The notes beneath the pieces were generated by a model that was given only the letters and a program-made list of their open reading frames with translations, was not told the origin of the DNA and did not search any database. A stretch of DNA of 64,000 nucleotides, taken from contig CAXXSR010000001.1 of NCBI GenBank assembly GCA_963662615.2, positions 32,001 to 96,000 of the forward strand, written 5' to 3'. The DNA is from Dehalococcoidia bacterium. GTDB taxonomy: Bacteria; Chloroflexota; Dehalococcoidia; Bin125. Of this stretch, positions 51,305 through 60,037 are shown in pieces; the stretch's first letter is position 1, and each line of letters opens with the position of its first letter. The position numbers were made by a program, and so were the translations under genes.

Positions 51305-52102
51305 TCACCTGCCCGCCCTGGAGCGGAAGGCAAGCGCCGCGAGACCCACAGTCAGCAGAACCACTCCCGGACCTCCCGATACCGCCAGCAGTACTGGGAG
51401 AGAGTCGCTATCAACACCCGCCGCAAACGGCATCGCAACGAACCAGCAACCGACCGCGACCAAGTATCCCGCCGCCGTTCGACCCGCAGCGGTGCGATGC
51501 GCCGCCGCCCCCACCGGACCCCGTAGAACCACCATCCCCACCACCGCCACCACCGCGGGCAGCACCCAAACCAACAGAATGATGCCGAGCGTCAAATCGG
51601 CGTAGTCGTCCTCTTGCCTGGTCGCCTGCACCGCCGCGGCCAGTGCCGCCACCGTCGTGATCAACACTGCGACCAGGCCGGCGCTCAACAGCGGCGACGG
51701 GTAGCGCACACGCCTCAGCGTCCACACACCTAACGGCAAACTCCATGCGCCCAAAACGATCGCGATCGTGACGGGAACCGCGACCCTCGCGCAATCGTCG
51801 TCATTGCACGCGCTGGCATCCGCCACAACCTCTTGGGCTCCAAAGATCAGTGCCGCGCCAACGGCCACGCCAATCGTGATCCACACTCGACGGTCCTCAA
51901 CCCGCCTGAAAGACCACAATCCCTTCAACTGCCACGCGCCGAACATCGCCTTCGGCGCCAGCACGATAGCCGCGCCAACGACCCAGGGTGTTGGGTCCGC
52001 GCTGTTGTCCTTGTAATCGGCCGCCCACACAATCGCCACCATGCCCGCAATCGCAGCCAACAGATATACCGTCCCGAGCGTCCAAACGGCGAGTACCCTC
52101 AC
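51305..52102 (-). CDS. Hypothetical multi-pass membrane protein
   Basis: About 8 hydrophobic segments; GGAGG upstream; no family recognised. Confidence 0.6.
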   Translation of the reverse strand: MRVLAVWTLGTVYLLAAIAGMVAIVWAADYKDNSADPTPWVVGAAIVLAPKAMFGAWQLKGLWSFRRVEDRRVWITIGVAVGAALIFGAQEVVADASACNDDDCARVAVPVTIAIVLGAWSLPLGVWTLRRVRYPSPLLSAGLVAVLITTVAALAAAVQATRQEDDYADLTLGIILLVWVLPAVVAVVGMVVLRGPVGAAAHRTAAGRTAAGYLVAVGCWFVAMPFAAGVDSDSLPVLLAVSGGPGVVLLTVGLAALAFRSRAGR

Positions 52103-52262
52103 ACGATCCTCCGCAAAATCATAAGGCGTAGACCGGCCAACATGCTCCCAACCACCCCAACGCCCGTCACTCGATCGCGCTAATCGCCCAGATGGGGCAG
52201 CTGCAGCCCAATTCCCTGGACCTGCGCGAGCATCGGTCAGTTCGTGTCCGGTCGGGGTTTGC

Positions 52263-52426
52263 GAACTCCAATTCGGACAGGTCTGTTCGACATAGAGTTG
52301 GATTTACGGGAGTGCAATTCGACGCGCGCTGGAGAACGCTTGCAGGCTGCTCAGCTCCGGCAAGCGTCTACCCGCGCGGATTGAAACCGGATTCGATGTC
52401 GAACAGGACTGTCCAAGATAGAGTTC
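52263..52426. repeat. Composite unit: palindrome, ~88-bp spacer, palindrome (copy 1)
   Basis: 52272-52426 is nearly identical to 55193-55347. Confidence 0.9.
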
Positions 52427-52489
52427 TGCGGAAGCCTTCCATTTGCGTTGACCACTGCTGCTGCCCCCGGGCATGCGCGAAGGCATCGT

Positions 52490-52835
52490 GTTGTAGTAAG
52501 CCACGTATTCGCGAAGCACGCGGCGCAAGTGTCGCTCGTTCCAGACGATGACGTGGTCCAGGCACTTGCGCCGCACGGTCCGGACGAACCGTTGGGCAAT
52601 CGCATTGGCTCTCGGGGTACGGAACGGCGTCAGGAGGGTCTCAATGCCGATACGCCGTGCCCGCGCTGCGAAGTCGCGCCGTAGCGCGCATCTCGGTCCC
52701 GGAGGAGGTAGCGCGGCTGCTGCCCCCCGGGGGTGGCTGCGATGATTTGCCGCCGCACCCAGGGGGGCGTGGGGTGGGCGGTCGCGTTCCAATGAACGAT
52801 GCGACGCCGGTCGTGAAAAGAAGACGTAGAGGGTC
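52490..52835 (-). pseudogene. Degraded remnant of the same integrase-core transposase family
   Basis: VHWNATAHPT, RYLLRDRD, IETLLTPFRTPRANAIAQRFVRTVRRKCLDHVIVWNERHL across frameshifts. Confidence 0.85.
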
Positions 52836-53034
52836 CGGACGGGCAGGGACTGGACGGCATTTGCTCGTTCGATGGCCGTGGGCGTTTGGACCATAGGTCG
52901 TCAGTGAGTGGCCAAGTGCCGACTGCCTTCGCGATTGGACCGCCTACACGATAGCGGGCATAGAATGTTTTCCGGGTAAACCCGATAGTCACCAAGGGCC
53001 GGTTCAAGGTCGACGACAGCGAGGGAGCCATGTC

Positions 53035-55059
53035 ATGAGGAACAGCGGCTGGCCAGGGCGAGCCTTCGTGCAGGTCTGGCGCCGGCGGGGCGCCGTCGCG
53101 GCGGTGGTTGTCGCTGCGCTCGCCCTCGTCACCACGGCGCCGCTCGCGCCGTCGCACGCACAAGAGGGCGACTTCACTGGCCCGCCGCCGGCCACCGCAT
53201 ACGCCGGGTCCGTAACCGTTCCGCTTGGACTCGGGACCTACTGCTGGACGGACCCGGGAGCGGAGGTGGGGCTGTGCGCCGATACCATCGGCATTGTCAC
53301 CGACCCCACGGCGCTGACAGTGCCGGTGGGCTCGCTGGTCACCGTCGCTTACCCATCGGGGATCACCGAGGCCTTCGTGCGGGCGAGCCCGTTGCCCGGA
53401 GAGCCGATCCAGGACGACGGGGCGACCCTCGCGTGGGCCCCAGAAGGCGAGGGGCAGGAGCTGGCTGTGCACCTGCGGCCCGGTGCCTTCGGCTTTTTCG
53501 CCGATCTGGCGGCGGGCCAGTAGCTGATGAGTATCCGCCTGTTCGTGCCGGAAGGAGACGTCAGCTACGGCCTAATCCTCGACGTCAGCGCCGATGGGCA
53601 GGGCAGCCCGGCGAACGCCAACGAATTCTTGACCCTTCTTGCTGAGGCGGGCTTCGGTGGCGTTGAGATCCTGGAAATCGCGCTGATGCGCGACTGGATC
53701 CCGGACGCGTTTTCTCCGCGCTACATCGTCGGCGGGGCGACGCTCGAGATATTCGCGCTGGCAACACCGGCGGCCGTTGCCGCGGCGCTCGGCAACCTGG
53801 ACGTGAACGGCGGCGACGTGACGCCTGCAGAGGACATCGCGATCTGGGGCGCAGGGTCGCTCCTCGTCATCCTGCTGAACGCGAGCGATCAGGGCGAGTT
53901 CCAAGCGGTCATCGCGACGCTCGTCGGGCCGCCACACCTGGTCACGACGGAGGATTTGGGGCCCCAACCCGACCCGGCCGCCCTGGCTCAGACCGTCGAC
54001 ACGGTGCGCGCGGCACTGGTGGCGGCCGGCTTCGAGGTGATGCTGGAGCCGGTCGCGGTAAACCGGCTCTTCCTGCCGTCGAACGCCCTGTCGCAGGTGC
54101 TCTCCGCCGACTGGGCCACGGTCGAGGTGTACGCGCTTGCCGAGCCAGACTTCCAAGGGGTGCTCGACGAGTTGAGTAGCGTTGAGCCGCTGCCCCTGCG
54201 CGAGGGCATCGTGTGGGTGTCCGGTTCGACGCTGGTGATCCTCCCCGCGTCGGACCAAGCTGGCCTCGTGCCCGCCGTCATCGGCGCCCTCGGAACGCCG
54301 GTGTTTGTTGGACCCGAAGCATCGACAGGTCCGATCATCGTGACGCCCAATGGCGGCGTCTGCGTCGTCGGACTGACGGCTCTCGTCGTCGAGGTGCCCG
54401 GCGGCTTCGCCTCGGCGGCCGCGGTCGCCGACGCGATCGAGAACGAATGCGGCTCGACGGTGGAGCGGATCTGGCTGCTGCAGGGTGGCGAATGGCTCCT
54501 GTTCGTGCCCGGGATCCCCATCGACTTCGGCCTCACGGCGTTCGGACCGATTTCAGCGGTGCTGGTTGTGTTGGGAGGTGGCGACAGGGAAATGCTGATC
54601 GCTTCCGCGTGGACCAAGGCATTCTGCCCACCGGCGACTGCAGCCACGCGCGATATCGATGCCCTGCTGCTGACTGCACTGGCGCCGAACAAAGTGGTTG
54701 ACCTCGCGGGCTTTGGGTCAGCCGTGCGGAAGGCCGCGGCGTCCCTCCCGGACGCAGGCGCGGCGCTCGCCGCACTTGCGCCCCCGGATGGAGCGCGCGC
54801 GTTTCACCAGGCCTGGGGAGACTTCCTCGGAGACGCCGCGGACCTCGTTCGCGACTCGCTGGATGCGAGCGGCGCGCTCCGCCGAAGTCACTCGGACTTC
54901 TCTACGGAGTTCACTCCGCTGATAAGCGCCGCTGTGCGGAATCTCGTTGCCCTGGAGGTGGACCTGCCAGCAGGTATCAGCGCAGCGCTTCAGAACGAAC
55001 CGTCTTGCGACAGCTTCAGGGTCGCGTTCGAGGCGCTCCGAACCACAACCCGTGTCTAG
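53035..55059 (+). pseudogene. Large secreted hypothetical protein interrupted by one in-frame TAG (53521-53523)
   Basis: Signal peptide ...APSHAQ; ORFs 53035..53523 and 53527..55059 are in the same frame; context LAAGQ*LMSIRL..GDVSYG. Confidence 0.65.
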
Positions 55060-55101
55060 CGAATGCGCTCCACACGATCACGACGCGCTCCGCGCGTAGC
55101 G

Positions 55102-55640
55102 GGCTCCACTTCGGACAGGACTGTTCGACATAAAGTTCAAGATGCTGTGCCTCCAATCTCGCCGCGACGACCGGCTCTATGGCGGATTGATTTTCGGACA
55201 GGTATGTCCGACATAGAGTTGGATTTACGGGAGTGCAATTCGACGTGCGCTGGAGAACGCTTGCAGGCTGCTCAGCTCCGGCAAGCGTCTGCCCGCGCGG
55301 ATTGAAGCCGGATTCGATGTCGAACAGGACTGTCCAAGATAGAGTTCGCTTTCTCTAATCGCGCTATCCGATTCGAAATCGTATAGGCCTATCCGACGTA
55401 GAACCGGATACTGGTGCCCCTTCTACGTTGGCTTGGAATATAGCCAGCACCCGTTCCAGGCCAGGGGGTTCGTGCCGCATTAAATCTCGGACAGTACGCT
55501 TCCCCCAATGGTGTAGAACAGCACTGTTTGAAATGGAGTTCGCGGGGCGGCCAAGGAGGGAGCTGCCGGTTAGGAGCTGCAGTGCAGGAGGCAGCCCTAT
55601 CCCGGATTCAATGCCGGACAGTACAATTCGACATTGAGCC
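55102..55640. repeat. Cluster of palindromic repeats, including composite unit copy 2 (55184-55347)
   Basis: Copies near 55102, 55184, 55310, 55370, 55515 and 55604. Confidence 0.85.
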
Positions 55641-55755
55641 GACCACGACACACGAATTGTTGCGGCCGGATGCGGTCGAGCGCATCCGGTGAGCCTTGTG
55701 CCAACCTCTGCGGCCACTCAGCTGTCGTCATCGGGCTCATCGAAGGGAGCGGCCG

Positions 55756-56967
55756 ATGGCCGAGTTGATCACCGCGAGCGACCTCCAACAGCTGATGGCC
55801 AGCAATGAGTTGCACGCGGTCATCGACGTGCGTCCCACCGAAGATTTCCGAGCGGGGCAGATCTTCGGCAGCACCTCGGTGCCGGCGCTGGAGCTCGCGG
55901 AGCGGCTCCCTCGGCTCATTCCCGTCTCATCGGTGCTTACTGCAGCGATCGCCGAGGACGCGGCGTCCAGCTCCGGCGCCGCGACGCAATTTGAACAACT
56001 TGGACTGACCAGGGTTCGCTGGCTCGAGGGCGGCTATGCCGGTTGGGTGGAGATGGAGCTGCCGACGATCTCCGGCTGGAGTGTGCCCGGGAAGGACTTC
56101 AGCGAGCGCCTGCTGATCCAGGAGGCAGTCCCCGAGATCGAGGCGGACGAGCTGGCCGAGCGCCTCAAAGGAACTGAGCGCACGATCGTGCTCGATGCGC
56201 GGACGCCGGCCGAGTTTGCGAAGAGCTGCATCCCCGGTGCACGAAGTGTGCCCGGCGGAGAGCTCCCACTGGCCATCACCGACATCCTGGCCGAGGAGCC
56301 TGCTGGCGAGGTGACCGTCGTCGTCAACTGCGCCGGGCGTACGCGGAGTATCGTGGGCGCCTTCCAATTGCAGCGTCTCGGTGTCCCGAACGTGACCGCA
56401 CTTCGAAACGGCACCATGGGCTTGATGCTCGCGGGTCACGAGCTGCAGCTGAATGCAGACCCGGGCGCACCCCAAAAGTACTCAGCCCACGCCGTCTCAC
56501 ACGCCGAGCGTGTCGCCGATGAGATCGCGGCACGCGACGGAGTGCGAGTCCTTTCCGTCGGTGAACTGGAGAGGCTCCGGGCGAACGCGGATCGAGCGCC
56601 GCTCTACATGGTTGACGTTCGGCTGCCGCATGAATTCATCGCGGGCCACATCCCCGGGGCGCTGGCTTGCCCCGGCGGCCAGATTCCGTTTAGTGACGAT
56701 CAGATCGCGATCCGTGGCACGACGATCGTCACCGTCTGTGATGGCCGCGCTCGCGCGATCTTCGCCGCTTCATTGTGGCGGCGCATGGGATTCCCGCGTG
56801 TGGCCGCTCTCAACGGTGGCGTCGCCGCCTGGGCCGCGGCCGGACTGGAGTTGGATGAAGGCGGCGAGGATCGCCCGTTCGTCGGCGGTGGTTCGCGGAC
56901 TCGAGAGCAGATGATCGCGTACCTCTCCTGGGAGGAGGCGCTTGGCGAGAAGTACCGACGTCCGTGA
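55756..56967 (+). CDS. Multi-domain rhodanese-like protein
   Basis: IDVRP...GQIFGS; LDARTPAEF..CIPGA, VVVNCAGRTRSI; VDVRLPHEF..GHIPGA; LNGGVAAW. Confidence 0.88.
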   Translation: MAELITASDLQQLMASNELHAVIDVRPTEDFRAGQIFGSTSVPALELAERLPRLIPVSSVLTAAIAEDAASSSGAATQFEQLGLTRVRWLEGGYAGWVEMELPTISGWSVPGKDFSERLLIQEAVPEIEADELAERLKGTERTIVLDARTPAEFAKSCIPGARSVPGGELPLAITDILAEEPAGEVTVVVNCAGRTRSIVGAFQLQRLGVPNVTALRNGTMGLMLAGHELQLNADPGAPQKYSAHAVSHAERVADEIAARDGVRVLSVGELERLRANADRAPLYMVDVRLPHEFIAGHIPGALACPGGQIPFSDDQIAIRGTTIVTVCDGRARAIFAASLWRRMGFPRVAALNGGVAAWAAAGLELDEGGEDRPFVGGGSRTREQMIAYLSWEEALGEKYRRP

Positions 56968-57166
56968 TGAACACGCGCTCGCGAGCGCGCCACCGCCGAG
57001 CTTAGCTCCGCACGGGCGAGGTCTGGTGTCTCAAGACCCGTGGTAGGGCCAGAAGGGCGTCTTGACGTTGAGTCCGATTCAAGAAGCCGGCCAAGGCCGG
57101 ACGGCGATGTTCGACGTCGCGTCGAGCACAGGACAGCCGAACTCGCTTACCGAGGATCCAATGTCC

Positions 57167-57203
57167 AACTCAACGCCGGACAGTGCTATTCAGCATTGAA
57201 TCC
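57167..57203. repeat. Degenerate 38-bp palindromic repeat
   Basis: aactcaacgccggacag-tg-ctattcagcattgaatcc. Confidence 0.55.
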
Positions 57204-57314
57204 GGCTTGACATCCAAGGCGGGCGGCGGCGGATAAAGCGCGGCCGCGACGTGCGGGCAAGCGCGCTCGAGAAACTTGCGGACGAGCAAGCGGAGCATGT
57301 GGGGTAGCAGCGCG

Positions 57315-58168
57315 CTAACCGGTGGGGGCGAAGGCCGCGGCGCTTGGCGGCTGCAACCACAACGTCGGCGCGTCTAGGCGGACCCAATAAGCTCCCCCGT
57401 GGACGAGGGGCGCGAGGTCGTTGAGCGTCGCCGGGCGGCCTGGCGCAAAGGAGGTGAAGGCCTGCGAGGCGGTATCGAACGCGAACGCGACGGTGAGGGC
57501 GTCGCCCAGCAACGAGAACCCCTCGAGCGGATTCGTCCTCGGGGGGCCGGTCCACGTCAGCAGATTGAAACCTGACTCCAGCTGAAGCGGGCCGGGCTCT
57601 CCGATCAGCGGCTGGTCCCAGACGATCGGTTCGGCGACGCGCAGCCAGAGTGCCGATCCTCGCGCGATGTGGTCGAGTGAATTGAGGAAGCTCGACGCCG
57701 AGGCGTGCCAGATGCGGTAGGACTGACGGGTGGCATCGAAATTAGCTGCCGCTACCGCCTGATCCACGATCGAGGCGATGGCGTCATCGAATGGGGTCGC
57801 CGGCCCCGTCCAGCCGACAAGGTTCCATCCCTCCACCAACGAGACAGGGCGCTTCACAAAGCGGGCCGAAGCAGGCGCGGCGGCGGCTGGAGCGATCGGG
57901 ACGGTTTCGTTGCTGTCGGCCGCGGGCGCCGTTGGCTCGGCCGCAGGCGCGGTTGGCTCGGCCGCAGGCGCGGCGGCGGGGATAGTCGGTGCCGTCGGGG
58001 CGGCGGCGGCCGGTGCAGTCGGGGCAGGTTCTTTGCTCTCGCCGCCGCAGGCAGCGAGGAGGAGGGCGAGTGCGGTGGCGAAGGCGGTGGCGAAGGCGGT
58101 GGCGAAGGCGGTGGCGAAGGCGGTGGCGAAGACGAGGGCCCGGGGACGTCTGTGCAGGTGCTGCCGCC
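57315..58168 (-). CDS. Lipoprotein with an Ala/Pro linker and two WNLVGW-type domains; 5' end disrupted or uncertain
   Basis: Lipobox LAAC, PTAPAA repeats, EGWNLVGWTG...LNSL..I.RGSALWLRV and SGFNLLTWTG...LNDL..L.HGGAYWVRL. Confidence 0.72.
58072..58130. repeat. 12-bp tandem repeat (GCGGTGGCGAAG x~5)
   Basis: Encodes FATA x5 in the signal-peptide region of the minus-strand lipoprotein. Confidence 0.9.
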
Positions 58169-58429
58169 TGTGCGGTGTCAAAACCTCATCCGCTGTCAGG
58201 TCGCGGGGGACGGCGATGCGGCGCCAGATCGGAGGGTCCACGTTACTCAGTGTGACCTGGAGTTCACAACTCAGTGTGACCTGGAGCTCACAGACCTGCC
58301 GGCCGTACCTGGCGTCGTGGTTCGTCGTCACACCGTGCTCGCACCTCGCGGATGCCACCAGGAGAGCGTATTCCTTCCCCGCGGCTCCGACAGTTCAGGC
58401 AGGGGCCGATGGGGTTTTGAGACACCACA
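58169..58429. mobile_element. Mini element bounded by two IS-type ends, carrying a pRiA4b ORF3-like fragment
   Basis: TGTGCGGTGTCAAAACCTCATC (58169) and GATGGGGTTTTGAGACACCACA (58408); inside on the minus strand LQVTLSNVDPPIWRRIAVPRDLT. Confidence 0.6.
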
Positions 58430-58515
58430 GCCCCGGCCGAGGCTCCAGGAGGTCATCCACGTACGCCTGTCGGGGCCGCCTGTCGGGGGCCGCCGTCGCG
58501 GCGGGGCGCCGATCG

Positions 58516-58552
58516 GACGCTATCTGGGACACATCTATCCGGCATAGAGTCG
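58516..58552. repeat. Degenerate 38-bp palindromic repeat
   Basis: gacgctatctgggacac-at-ctatccggcatagagtc. Confidence 0.6.
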
Positions 58553-58657
58553 GGCGTCGGAGCGGGGAACGGGGTCTCGCTGGCCTCATCACTCGGGCGG
58601 CTCCTCGCCGCTAGGAACGTTGCGAGTTGATCCTCTGCTTCCCTAATAGAAGGTCGC

Positions 58658-58684
58658 GGGCTCGAACGCCGTGCGGCAAGCCCG
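58658..58684 (+). repeat. 27-bp direct repeat, left copy
   Basis: GGGCTCGAACGCCGTGCGGCAAGCCCG, identical at 61340-61366. Confidence 0.9.
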
Positions 58685-58689
58685 GGTGG

Positions 58690-59475
58690 TCAGACTTGCA
58701 CCGGCAGCTCGGGGCGCGCCGCCCAGTCGGCGAAGGATCCGTCGTAGAGGCTGACTTCGTAACCGAGGCGCTGTAGCGCGATCAGCGCCACGGCCGCGCG
58801 GGGGCCCCTGCGGCAGTAGGTCACGATCCTGCGACGGGGATGCGGACCCGGTTGGGCGCCGGAGGCGGCGAGCAGGGCCGCAACGTGGGCGCGTGAAGCG
58901 AAGAGGGTCTCGCCCTCGGTCACGAACTCGGTCCAGCGGATGTGGGTCGCGCCGGGGATATGTCCGGCGCGGTCCTCTGTGACCTGCCTGCCGGTAAACT
59001 CTTCGACGCTGCGCGTGTCCAGGAGGACCGGCGGATCCGCGCCCGCGAGATCGGGCGCGAAGACGCGCAGCCCAGAACGCGGCTGCAGCGTGAACTGCGC
59101 CGGCGGGGCCGTCAGCGGCCGGTAGAAGATCTCGTGCCCGGCGGCCCAGCGATCGAAGGGGTGGTCCAGCAAGCGCACGTCGGGGTGGCCGAGGTAGTCG
59201 AGCAGCCAAGCAAGCATGGCACCACTCTGGCCATCGTAGGCGTCGTAGACGACCACGGGCATCCCGGTACCGACCCCGGCGGCGCCGAACCACTGGGCCA
59301 ACTCTTCGTCGGGGCGGAGACGGCCGTCGGCGTCGAAGATCTGCCCGAGGGGCAAGTTGATGGCACCGCCTATGTGGCCCTGGAGGTACTTGACGGGACG
59401 GCGGGCGTCGACGAGGCGGCCGACGGGAGCGGCGAACTCACGCTCGAGCCAGTCCGCGTCGACAAGCTCGATCAT
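58690..59475 (-). CDS. Two-domain sulfurtransferase (TST/3-MST, SseA-like)
   Basis: GHIGGA, VVVYD, LLDTRS.EEFTG, GHIPGA, VTYCRRG, LYDGSFADW. Confidence 0.9.
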   Translation of the reverse strand: MIELVDADWLEREFAAPVGRLVDARRPVKYLQGHIGGAINLPLGQIFDADGRLRPDEELAQWFGAAGVGTGMPVVVYDAYDGQSGAMLAWLLDYLGHPDVRLLDHPFDRWAAGHEIFYRPLTAPPAQFTLQPRSGLRVFAPDLAGADPPVLLDTRSVEEFTGRQVTEDRAGHIPGATHIRWTEFVTEGETLFASRAHVAALLAASGAQPGPHPRRRIVTYCRRGPRAAVALIALQRLGYEVSLYDGSFADWAARPELPVQV

Positions 59476-59500
59476 CTCGAAGCGCTTCCTATAACGCCTC

Positions 59501-60037
59501 CTACAGCGCCTCGAAGTCGACGTTGATGGGGGTGGCGCGGGTGACGCTCTGGGCCACGGGCGAGCCGTCGACGGCTTTCTGCCAGATCTTGCGCAGCGTG
59601 GCTTCGTCGGCGTCGGCCTGCACATAGACCTTGGCCGTGATGCCGCCGTAGCCGGGGTTGCCGGCGTCGTCGAGGTCAGCCCACTTGAGGATGTTGTCGA
59701 AGTTGCCTTCCAGCGCGATCTCGAGGTTTTTGATCTGGACGCCCTGGCGGGTGGCGTTCAGCACGAACCCGACCATCATGCAGGAGCCGACGGCCGAGAG
59801 CAGATGCTCGTGGGCGCTGGCGGCGGTGTCCTTGGTGTCGAGGTCGGCGGGCTCATCGAACTGGGCGGTGTGGGTGCGGGTGTGCGCCTTGGCCTTGAAG
59901 CCATCCTGCCAGACGACGCGCGAGCGCCAGGGGCCGCTGAAGGCCTTGAGGTTCTTGGGCTTCTTCAGTGACGCGATGACCGCTTCCAGCTTCTCGGGGT
60001 GCAGCCCGTTGATCGTGTCCTGCTTCGTGGTCATCAT
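59501..60037 (-). CDS. OsmC family protein
   Basis: DEPADL..D.AASAHEHLLSAVGSC, LEIALEG, SPV. Confidence 0.85.
   Translation of the reverse strand: MMTTKQDTINGLHPEKLEAVIASLKKPKNLKAFSGPWRSRVVWQDGFKAKAHTRTHTAQFDEPADLDTKDTAASAHEHLLSAVGSCMMVGFVLNATRQGVQIKNLEIALEGNFDNILKWADLDDAGNPGYGGITAKVYVQADADEATLRKIWQKAVDGSPVAQSVTRATPINVDFEAL

Noticed and set aside
23380-55815. Short ORFs sharing peptides such as NSMSDRSVRHRV or RTGLSDIEF
   Set aside because: These are translations of the palindromic DNA repeat on both strands, not a protein family.
23457-58552. Integron attC cassette array
   Set aside because: No consistent RYYYAAC...GTTRRRY boxes with extrahelical bases, genes are not co-oriented, and no intact IntI is present.
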